Below are positions 46,962 to 57,900 of a DNA stretch of 64,000 bases, piece after piece. The stretch comes from Schmidtea nova. Its lineage: Eukaryota. The notes below the pieces were generated by a model that was given only the letters and a program-made list of their open reading frames with translations, was not told the origin of the DNA and ran no database searches. The position numbers and the translations under genes were made by a program. The stretch covers positions 317,254,001 to 317,318,000 of the forward strand of contig CM097882.1 in the NCBI GenBank assembly GCA_044892505.1. Reading direction: 5' to 3'. How positions within the stretch are numbered: position 1 is the first letter of the stretch; each line of letters begins with the position of its first letter.

Positions 46962-48344
46962 TTACGTCAACCATTCTTTTCTATCCGCTTTCTCATTCCT
47001 TTCCATTTCTATGTATAGGGTGTCTGCATATAATCGTTCCCATAGGCTTTCTTTCGTTATAAACATTGGTTCTCCCGCTGCTAATCCACATTCTGTGGTT
47101 GGTTTCTCGCTCGTACTCGCATGTTTCTCTGTCTCAAAGAATTTTTCTACTGGTTTTGTTACACTTCTGATTCTTACAATGACTCCTACTTTCAAGGGCC
47201 ATTCTACTAGGTCGTCGTATTCTCCTTTACATAGCGAGAAAAATATTGACACATGTGTTCCTCGTCCTCTTCCGTCTCCATTTGGGTATAGCTTCAATCT
47301 CACTTTAGCTCCGTTTCTCCATAAATAAAATGGTGGGCTTATTACTGCTGTTTTCGTCATATTTCTGGCCTCTGTTAATTTGTTTCTAAAATCTGTCACT
47401 TTCCACACATATGGTGCGATTGGTAACTTTTCCTCGGTATCCTGGGTGAGTTTGTTGTACTGGATTTTCATTCCTTTAGCCAATTCTTCGATAGCTTTTA
47501 TCTTTTCCTCCATCTTTTCTCGTGTTAGTTCGAATTGCTCTCTGGTTTCCAACAGTAGGTTTACCATTATCTTGTGTGACTCTATTTCTCTTTCTAATTT
47601 TTTGATTGTTTGTTCGGTTTCTTTTGTTGCTTCGTTTGTCATTTCCGCATGCTTTAGCAATGCTTCCTCCAGATGTTGTTTCATGGTTTTTTGCGTTCTT
47701 TTCTCCATACATCCCTGTTTGTTATAAGGGCATTCCCTTGGTTTCTCCGTGCACATTTTCCAATGTTCTTGTAATTTTACTTCTGCCGTTATCTCGCATT
47801 CGTTTGAACATATTCCTACATATTGTCTACATACTTTCTCCTCTTTTACATTCAGGTGTTCTTCTTCGATCTTTCTCCTCGTTTCTCGAGTTCCACAATA
47901 TTCGCATAGACTTTCCTCTTCTTTACATTCATCTTTGTGCTGCTCTTTATTCTTTATAGTTATTTTTTGTTGGCATTTGTTACATTCGGTTCTCTTCTCC
48001 TCGCAGTTCTCCAGATGGTTCTCGAGATCGCGTATTTGTCCTTGCCATATACATGGTTGATTTATACATTCGGTTTTCGTGTTCATGATTTCTCTCTGAG
48101 TTGCTCTATCTGGTCCGGTTTCTTCGAATTTTATTTGTCCTTCTTTGCATTCTGGACATTCTGGTGGTCTTTTCATACTTAACTCGTGTATGCATTTGGT
48201 ACATACTCTGCATCCGCATAGGGTTTGTCTTGGTTTCAATATTATGTTTTTACAATTTACACAAGTGAGTCTCTGACTCCATTTCCTGTTCTCGGCTCTC
48301 AAAATTTCGATTATCCGCTCTTCGGCTTTTCCTTCTGTATTCAT
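46962..48344 (-). CDS. TRAF: TNF-receptor-associated factor (TRAF)-like protein, intronless
   Basis: RING (C..C..IL.KPRQTLCGCRVC..C...CPEC), TRAF zinc fingers (C.N..C.W.G....LE.HL..C; CPY...GC), coiled coil, MATH (YVWKV.DF..SPPFY...G.K..L.LYPNGDG.G.GTHVS.F....GEYD..LEWP). Confidence 0.93.
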   Translation of the reverse strand: MNTEGKAEERIIEILRAENRKWSQRLTCVNCKNIILKPRQTLCGCRVCTKCIHELSMKRPPECPECKEGQIKFEETGPDRATQREIMNTKTECINQPCIWQGQIRDLENHLENCEEKRTECNKCQQKITIKNKEQHKDECKEEESLCEYCGTRETRRKIEEEHLNVKEEKVCRQYVGICSNECEITAEVKLQEHWKMCTEKPRECPYNKQGCMEKRTQKTMKQHLEEALLKHAEMTNEATKETEQTIKKLEREIESHKIMVNLLLETREQFELTREKMEEKIKAIEELAKGMKIQYNKLTQDTEEKLPIAPYVWKVTDFRNKLTEARNMTKTAVISPPFYLWRNGAKVRLKLYPNGDGRGRGTHVSIFFSLCKGEYDDLVEWPLKVGVIVRIRSVTKPVEKFFETEKHASTSEKPTTECGLAAGEPMFITKESLWERLYADTLYIEMERNEKADRKEWLT

Positions 48345-48435
48345 TCTACAATGATATATACACTTGATTTGTTATCTATTTTTTGATTTTTCTTGTTTTT
48401 GTTTTTACATATTTACAATTTTTCGCTTTATTTAT

Positions 48436-48792
48436 CTACGGCTCGTTTGTTGAATCTGGTTCTGGGTCATTTTCTGATCTGTTTATTGCCCAATTTGTCC
48501 ATCCATCCTCTGCTTCTTCTGTCTCTCCCATTGTTAAACGGTCTATCTCTATTGCTTGTCTCTGATTTATGTCGCTCATCACTTGATTCTCTCTGGTAAG
48601 TTGCGTTATCAATCTCTGTTGCTCCTCGATTCTGTGGAGTTGTTCAAAACTATTATTATAACTTTCGGATAACAAATTCTGTTTCTCAATTAACTGATTT
48701 TGTAGTGAGTTGATTGTTCGTATTAACATGTCACACTGGGCTTTCCATCGCATAGCCATAGTAGTTTCTGCTATTTCTTCTTGTTCGTTCAT
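48436..48792 (-). CDS. Small coiled-coil accessory protein
   Basis: 118-aa ORF between the polyprotein and TRAF, co-oriented. Confidence 0.65.
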   Translation of the reverse strand: MNEQEEIAETTMAMRWKAQCDMLIRTINSLQNQLIEKQNLLSESYNNSFEQLHRIEEQQRLITQLTRENQVMSDINQRQAIEIDRLTMGETEEAEDGWTNWAINRSENDPEPDSTNEP

Positions 48793-48917
48793 TTTCTAAA
48801 TTATATACATTAATCGTTTTCTCGATTTCTCTTTTTATATTTTTATAATATCGATACCCATACTATTACGGTAATGCATTGTTATTTACACTATTATTTA
48901 CAGTCATATCCCGCCTC

Positions 48918-51900
48918 CTATATCACCATCACTGTCTTTCCTTCGTATCGCTCTTCATCTTCTATTTGTCTCCAAAATTCTTTACCTTTCGTCCTCCTTT
49001 GGAATTCTTTCTGTACTTCTTCCGGTAATTCTATACTGTAGTTCATAATCTTTATATCTGGCCAATGTGTTATTGGTTTCTTGTTGAATACATCATATAT
49101 CCATATTATTAATAATACTGTTATTACTGGAATAGTTGCTGCTAGTATTCCCAGACCAATTAGTTCTCTAACTTGTTTGTTTACGTCCATCTTCGTAATT
49201 TCACTCTGGTTAATCATTGGTCCGTATTGTCCCTTTAGTTTATTTAGTAGTTGTTCTCGTTCTTGTTGTTTTCTTTTAACTTCTTTAATTACTTCTTCCG
49301 GCGTCCATCTTGCGTAAGGGTCTATTACTACTTGTTCCGCGTCCATTTGTTTCGTTGTCTGACTTAATTCTTTAAATTCGAGTTTTCTCACTTTCCCTTT
49401 GGACGTTGAGTTTACCGGTGTGTAGTACGTTTCGCATCTTTCCTGCTGATTTCCTAATATGTCCGTCTTTTCTACCGCACATATCTCGTATTCGCTATTG
49501 AATTTCAGATTTCTGATACTTATTTCCTCTTTTCCTTTCACGTTTCCACAGTCTCGTGGCTGTCTTTCCCTTTGTTTCTGAACTATTACCCAACATATTT
49601 CTAACGTTTTATTGTCTATTCTCCATAGTATAAGAGTTGCTGTAGTATTCTTTTCGGTTCTTATTTGTATTTCTTGGTTTTTCTGTTGTCCATTAGGTTT
49701 AAAGGTAGTGGTATACCTCGCTTTTCCTTTGTTCCGTTGTCTTCTACTTTTTCGCGTTGTCTTTCCAACTTTTGTTCTGGTGGGTGTTTTATATAATTTG
49801 CATTCCAATTCATTTACTGTTATTTTGTCGCTTTTCCTAATCAGGCATATTTCGTACGTTTGATTGCTTTCTAATCCTTCTATTTGTATTGTGGTTGTTC
49901 CTCTGTTTGTTCGACATTGCGGCGGTGTATTCTGGTTTGTTTTCTTTTCCTGCTTCTTCCAGCATACGCCTTTGACGTCCGGTTCTATTCCGGTTAACTC
50001 TAACATTATAGTTGTTCTCCGTTTGGTGCGTTTATTTCTTCTTCCTCGTCGTATGAACTTTATTGTTTCCCCAGGTTGAAATGTTTTACAAATTGTCGTT
50101 CCTTTCTTGTGTCTTTCTTTTTCTAGTAAACATAGTTCATACGTCCTGTCTGCTTTTACTTCTGATATCTTGGTTACTTTATTTGTTTTCCTTTTCCGAC
50201 TCGTCTTTATTTCGCTTACGCCAATTTCTTCGTTGCTTCTGGCCCAACACTTTGGGTTGGTGTTTTGGGTGTCGTTCATCTCTGTTACTGCCATTGTGTC
50301 AATGTCTATCCCTTCTTCTAACCGTTTTAACATTGTTAATATGAGTGCTAAACATAGTAATTCTGTTTGGTAGGTCACTCTTTCGGTCTCGTTTGTGGTT
50401 ACTCTTGCTTCGGGCCTGTCTATGGTAATTTGTATAGTTGGCGTTGTTCGTCTGTCTATTGTCTGAGGTTTCTTGTTTTTTGTTCCTTGTGTCTCTGTTC
50501 CTCTACACTTTCCTACGACATAGTCTCCTTTGGATGGCTGCTGTATTGTTATGGTTACTTTGGGTGTTAGGTAACTTGCACATGCAATTGTCTTATGTGA
50601 TCTCGGATCCTTTGGTTTCCGAACGGTGCACATTCTGTACCAAGTATCTAGCTCTAGGTCATCGATCTCTATGATTTCTTGTTCGTATTCTGAGATCTTG
50701 CAATCCATTGGACTATTTTGTCCCGATATTTTGTCCTTTTTTGACCAACATACTCGTTCGATTCCTTTTGCGTTTCCAATTTGTATTGTCGCTCTTTCTT
50801 CACATATCATTCCTTGAGTTGGACTAATTAAGGTCATGATTACCGTTAGTAATAATAGTTCTGGTTTAAAGAATGGGTTTATTGTTTGTTTGTAGCCTGT
50901 TCTTTTTATTTCGTTTTTATTTTTATAGTTGTTGTTTCTTTGTTTCCCAAATTCATTGTTCTTATCATTTTTCTCTGTGTCCCTTCCTTTCTCTTCACTG
51001 TCCTCTTTATCTGATAACTCATGATCCTCTGGATTTTCTCGAGTACTATCGTCGTCGTTTCCTGTATTGTCACCTCCCCTTTGGTCGTTGAAAATGTCGT
51101 CCTCGACATTAATTGCTTCTATCATTTTTTCATACGTTATGGTTGTGAGTATACTTGCTTCGTATTCTTGTGTTTCTGCCTGCTTAGGTATTTCCTTATC
51201 GGTTAATTTACAATCTAGAATCTCTTTCTTGGCTTTTATCCAATTATTAAGGTACGTTTTCATTAGTTCTTTCCATTTGTCCGTACGTTCTGTTTCCTTT
51301 GGGTTGTTTGTGAATCGTAAATCTTTTCTTCTCATGAAGATATCTATTATCTTTGGCCATTTGTTTATTATTAATGCACACTTTATATACAAATTTTGGC
51401 CTTGTTCCATGCACTCGTTGATCCTGAATGCTGGTTCATTGGTGTTTGGGTTCATCCAATTGAGTATTGCTTCAGTTAGTTCAGCGTTATGCATCATGGA
51501 ATGTACGCTAGCTTTTTTAACTGTCCTTGTAAGGTATTCTATTTCCTCCTGATTTGTGATGGTTTTTATGAAATTTATCACCTCCCAATTGTGCGCTAAC
51601 AACGCTACGTCTAGTATTGAGCTGTCTTTGTTAGTTCTTCCCATGAGTCCTGCACCTGCTTCGTACAGTTCCTGTAACACTCGGGTTTTTGTGTTCGCTC
51701 TTGCTGCGAATATCATGAGGGTATCTCCCTTTTTATCTTTCATGTTCATGTCACTTCCGCAATCTTGCATCAACCGTGCAATTTCGACTACCCTCCTATT
51801 TTTTCCTGCTCGTAAGGCTCTATGTATTGGCAATACTCCATTCTTTGTTAATAAGAAAGTCACTGGCATTTCTCTTTTTATGATCATCATATCGTTTTCA

Positions 51901-54900
51901 TTGTAAGTTCCTTCCGCATATGCGTGTACCTTTTCCACAATTGATCCGAGTATCTCCAGTGTATGTTTAGAATTTTCGAATTCTGGTAATAGTTCTTTTG
52001 CTTTGTCCTGTATCGCATCTAACCTTTCTTGATATGGTACCTCTGCGCTGAAAAGTGGTGTAACTTTCCTTTTGCTTTCTCTTTCCTTTTGACATAGGAA
52101 TTGTTTGCATTTTTCGGGGTGGTTTAATATGTCTATTAGTTTGTCATACTCTTCCTCCACCGTTTTGTATTTATCTTGAAAATTGGATATATCTTTGTAA
52201 GTTATCGTCTTGGTTAGCGATTTTGCACACCATTCCCTAATTTTCCTGAATAATGCTTCTTTTTCACTTTCGAATTTACACTCCTCTTTGTTTTTGGAAA
52301 TTATGATATTTCTTCTGTCTAATAACGTTAACAGTGCTTTCTGGTCACAAACGAATTTTAATAGGAATTGTAATAACGTGTTTTGCCCTTCACTGTATAC
52401 CTCGTTTATATTTAACACCCATGTATCATTTTCGGATCTTTTCCATTTTATTAGCTTGCGTATTGTTTTGCAGTTACCGATTTTTATTGCCTCCTTGATT
52501 ATATCACCTTTGATCAGTTCGTCTATTTCCCAAGTGGCCTTCTCGATTATTTGTTTGAGCATTATCTGATTTGAGCTCCATATTGCGTGATTCAAGACTG
52601 TTTTGTTTTCTCTATCGCGTTCCGTCCAGTTGAAATCGGCATTTATCAAAAGGTCTATTATTGCTTTATCCGATTTGTAGATGGCTGCTACCATTAATGG
52701 TGTTTCTTGTTCGCTATTCCCAAAACCAAGGTGTTGGTTTGTTTCCTTAGCGATTTTTAGAAATTCTTTTACTCTCTCTACTTCTCCCCATTTTATGGCG
52801 TTATGTAATGCTGGTTGTCCTCCTATGTCTTGTAGTGAAAGTATTTCTGGAATTTTCTCCAGTAGTTCTGAAATGACTGGTTTTGTTGGTAGTCCCCTTG
52901 CGTAATCACTAATTATCGACTGAATATCTCTTAATATATCGTCTCTGACATGCCATTTTCCCATTATTTCTCTGGCTTTTAGTACCATTTCCTTGTTTCT
53001 TTTTTCTTGTTGATTGTTTTCTGCTTCGGTACTTTCATTGGTTGCTCTGAGCATATTCATTCTGGCTGTCTGGGATCTGGTTATTATTCGTTCTTCTGGC
53101 GCTGTGGTTATTGTTTTTGGTACTTTCTTACATCTGCATGTATTAACGTATATTGGTCGTATCAATGGTCGATTAACAAGTTTTACCTTCACATTGTTTT
53201 CCTTTTTGTATATAACTTCGTAAGGGCCTTTTCCTGGTCGTTGTAGTTTTTTAACGGTTCCTGGTATTATTTCTGGGGTTTCTATCATTACCCAATCTCC
53301 GGGTTTAAGATCATTTGTTTTAACATTTTTCTTTTGATCGTGTAGGTCCTTGTAACTTTCTTGATAAAACTTTATGTTTAGTTCTGCTGTCTTCCATATC
53401 TCTTGCATTCGTTCTTTGAATTTGGTGACGTAATCATCTTCCTCCATATATTGAGACAAGGGTGGTTGATATTCAAGATCTATTGGCATATTGCATTCCC
53501 TTCCATACATTAATTGAAATGGACTCAATTTTGTTGCTGCGTGTATCGACATTCGGTATGCCATTAGACATAGCTTTACGTATTCATCCCAATCTGTTTG
53601 GTGTTTGCTTACATAATTGGATAACATTCGAATCAATGTGCCGTTAAATCTTTCCGTTTGTCCATTGGTTTGCGGATGATATGGTGACGTTCGTAATTTA
53701 GCTATTCTGAAGTAATTTGTTACTTCATCTAGTATTTCGCTCATAAAATTTGTTCCTTGATCTGTTAGTATTTGTTTCGGGGTTCCGTATCGACAACATA
53801 TTTCTTCTACTAAAATTCTTGCTACGGTCTTTGCTTTTTGATCCGGCATCGCAAATGCCTCAGGGAATTTAGTCAAATAATCCGTTATTACCAATATATA
53901 TTGATTCCCGTTTAAACTTTCTGGCAATGGTCCTATTACATCCATCGCAATGGTAGTCATTGGTTCCGCTGGTATTGGCATGGGTTTTAAGGGATTTTTC
54001 CATTTCTTCCCACTATCCTTTCTTGTGGCACATGTTAAACAGTTCTTTATCCATTCCTTTACGTCTTCGTCCATTGTGGGCCAATAATATTTTTGTCTCA
54101 TGCGATCTAATGTTTTCTTATCGGACATATGTCCTCCTAGCTTTCCGTCATGGTATTGAGTTATTATCTCTTTTCGTCTATTACCTGGCAGACACATTAA
54201 TCGTTTTTCTCCATTTTGTATTAATAACCATCCTTTTTCTATTGTGTATCGATGTTGGTATTTCCTCATGTGTTCTTTTAACTCCGCATTGTCTTTGAAT
54301 ACATCCATATTCCGTGAGCTTAGGAATTCTATGATGGGTCTTAGTTCTTTATCCTCTTGCTGATCTTTCTTTAACTCGCTGAAATCCAAATCCTCTGCTA
54401 TCACTATGCATATTCTTTGCACTTCTGGGTCTGTTAGTTCTGGAAACGTTAATCTTGACATGCAATCTGCGTTGGCATTCGCTTTCCCTGATTTGAATTT
54501 TATATCTGGTGAATATTCTTGTAATTGCATCGCCCATCTCATTAATCTGCTGGATGTTTCCTTATGTTGTCCTAGCCATACAAGTGGTTGATGATCCGTG
54601 GTTATGCATATAACGTGTCCCCATAATAGATATTTAAAGTGTTTTATTGCTAATATTATTGCCAATGCTTCTCTTTCCGTTACCGAATAATTCTTCTCGT
54701 GTTTCTTGAATGTTCTGCTATAATATCCGATTACCCGCTCTTTTCCCTCGTCATCATATTGTCCTAACACTGCTCCTGCTGCATATCCACTTGCGTCGGT
54801 TGCGAGTAAAAATGGCTTCTTGAAATCCGGGTGAACCAATATTGGTGCAGTTATTAACTTATCTCGTAATGTTTCGAAGGCTGTTTGTTGTTCGCTTCCC

Positions 54901-57900
54901 CATATGAACGATACGTCTTTCTTTACTAGCTCCTGGATTGGTTTTGCAATTCCTGCGTAATCCTTTATGAATTTTCTATAGTAACCGCATAATCCGAGAA
55001 ATTCTTGGATCTGCGTTATCGTCTTTGGTACTGGACATTCTTTTACTTTATCAATGTTTCTGGGATCTGGTTCCTTTCCTTTTGCGGACACAATATGTCC
55101 TAAGAATGTCACTTTCTCCTTTGCCCAATCGCATTTCGATGGTTTGAGCTTGAGTTTCCATTGTCTCAATCTAACAAATACATCTCTGATATCTTGGATG
55201 TGTTGTTCAAATGTGCTTGAGTAGATCAGTAGGTCGTCAATGTAAACCATGCATTGTTTTATGCCGTGGGTAACGAAATTCATACATCTTTGAAATGATG
55301 CTGGCGCATTGGTTAGTCCAAATGGCATTTTCCTAAACTGGTACAAGTCTCTTCCGATAGTGAAAGCAGTTTTCTCTTTGTCTTCCTCTTTCATTTTAAT
55401 TTGCCAGTATCCGCTTTTCAAATCCAATGATGTAAAATATGCCGCTCCTTGTAATGTCAATAACATCTCGTTGATGTCCGGTAATGGGTATGTATCCCTT
55501 TTTGTAACTGCATTTAATCTCCGATAATCAATACAAAATCGTTGTGTTCCGTCTTTCTTTTTCACCATTACAACTGGGAACTGCCACGGTGAGCAGCTTG
55601 GTTCAATTACTTCTGCGTCTAGCATTTTCTGTACTTCTGCTTCTGCAACTGATTTTTGCGCTTCAGCTAACTTGTATGGTCTTAACGCAATAGGCGTTTC
55701 GTCTGTTAGTGGAATCGTATGTAGTGTGACGTCGCATGTCCCTAGATCTAAATCGGATGCTGCGAATATGTCTTTATATTCTATCAGTAATCTTTCTAGC
55801 TGTTTCTTTTGGTCCTCATTTAATAGTTGGCTATCAATGTTCCAAGTGGGTTCCTCCTCTTTTACTCCTTCTTTTATTGGTATTTCGATATCCATCATTG
55901 GAGTTAGTTTACCTAATCTTTCATTTTCATAAATTATTTTATCCTCTTCATCGAAATTTACTACATTTATTGGGATTTCTCCGTTGTCATTCGCACTCAC
56001 TAATCCCCTTGCCATTGGCAACGACTTTCTCTTTTCAAATCTTTTACTGGGTTCAAAGATCATGTCGCCTTCTATTGTAGGATCTATTTTTACGAAACAT
56101 ATTTTCTCTCTCCGTGCTGGTACGATTATTTGTTTCGAACTTGTTACTTTTGCTTCTATTGCGCATATCTGTCCTGTCCTATCCTTTAGTCTCATTGTTC
56201 CGAGATCAATAACTATTTCTTTAAATAATGCTGGCATCAGATCCGTGCCTATAATGCATGGTACGCTCAGTGCTGGTATTACTGCTACGTACGTTTCGAT
56301 TTCCGTGTTTTGATGTTTTATCTTTACCCACCATCTTCCGGCAACTTCTACTACTTCTTTACTGCATGCTATTACGTGAACGTTGGTTCTCTCGATATCC
56401 CGTCTTTGTTCTTGTGGTATCCATTTTATATCTATTGCTGAGATATTTGCTCCTGTATCAATCATCGCTTCTATTTCCCTTCCGTTAATTTCGATTGTTG
56501 TAGTTAATACTGGACCGGTGTTTGATGACATTACTGCAATTGTATGTGAGTCTCCTTGCGGATCTACGCTTCTGCACCGTCTCGTTCTATAGTCTTCTGG
56601 TATCATAGGATATATGTTTGTCATCGGCATCATTTGCATTGTATTTTGTCTCATCCCTGGTGTTGGTTCTTGGTACATGGTTGGTGGGGGTGCGTAACAT
56701 TTCCACATTTCCGCTGGATTCTTTTCGACATACTGTGGTACTTGATTTTTAAATACTTGACCTCCTTCGTTATCATCATCATCGTCGTCACTGGAATCGT
56801 CTTGGGTTCTGTACCCTTTCATTCTTTCCCATAGTCCTTTTCTCTCTTTCTTGAGTCGTTGTCTTGCTTGCTCGTTATTCATTATCTTTTTAAATTTTCG
56901 TCCCACCTCTTCATCGGTTCCTTTCATTTTTGCCAGTATTTTTAGGAGTCTCTTTATTCGGTGAATATCTTTTGAATGACCGTGTAATACCATTGTTTTA
57001 GCCAAAAATGGTAAGAATCCTACCACCAATTTCCAATTTACTTTCTTTTCTCTTTTATAGATGTCAAAACAGGCTAACATTTGAGTTATTATTACCCGTA
57101 TTATTTGTATAATTAGTATAACACCAAGTATTCCTGCCATCATTTGTCCAAATATTAAAAATCTTCCCCACATCGCTTTCATCATGTTTTCCGTTGCCTT
57201 CTTAAAGTGGGCTGGTGACAATAATAATTCGTAATTTGGTCCACCTTGGTAATTTGTTCCTCCTGTTATTGTTACAATACTGGATAACACCGCTTCTCGT
57301 CTTGCCGGAAATAGTATGTTTTGTCTTGCTGCTTCTAAATCCTTTGCACTATAGAATCCCATATTGCTTACATCTACGTCTTTAAATTTTCTTCCTTTTG
57401 ATAGTTGCATCAATTCAAATTCCCTTGGTGCTGGTACCTCTGTTCTTGACGGAAACATAACCCAATTCCCGTCTGGTTTTTGGTATAGTGGTCCATATGC
57501 GTTGCTGCAATTGAAAGGGTTTGGTTCGAAACTTACTGGATTTATGATTCTTGTCACTGGTTGTACATATCTTACTTTCCCTTTATATTCGATTTCTAGT
57601 TCGTTAGTACACTGACCTGGTTGTAGTTTTGTCATTGTTGCCACCTTTGCGTTCGTCTTTTTACATATGTATACGTACATGACCTCTCCGACTACCCTTC
57701 CAAAATGACCTTCTCTTAATGGTAATAATGGCATTGCACTATCCGGGTTTGTGATTGCTACCGCTAGTTTTGTCTTTAATATTTCCCTATTTAATATGCA
57801 ATCGTTGTTAATTAAATCGTAATACACTTTTTGTAGTGACGCTTGTCCTCTATGGAACAGAAAATCCATTTTATTGTTCATGTAAAGGTGTAATTTAACA

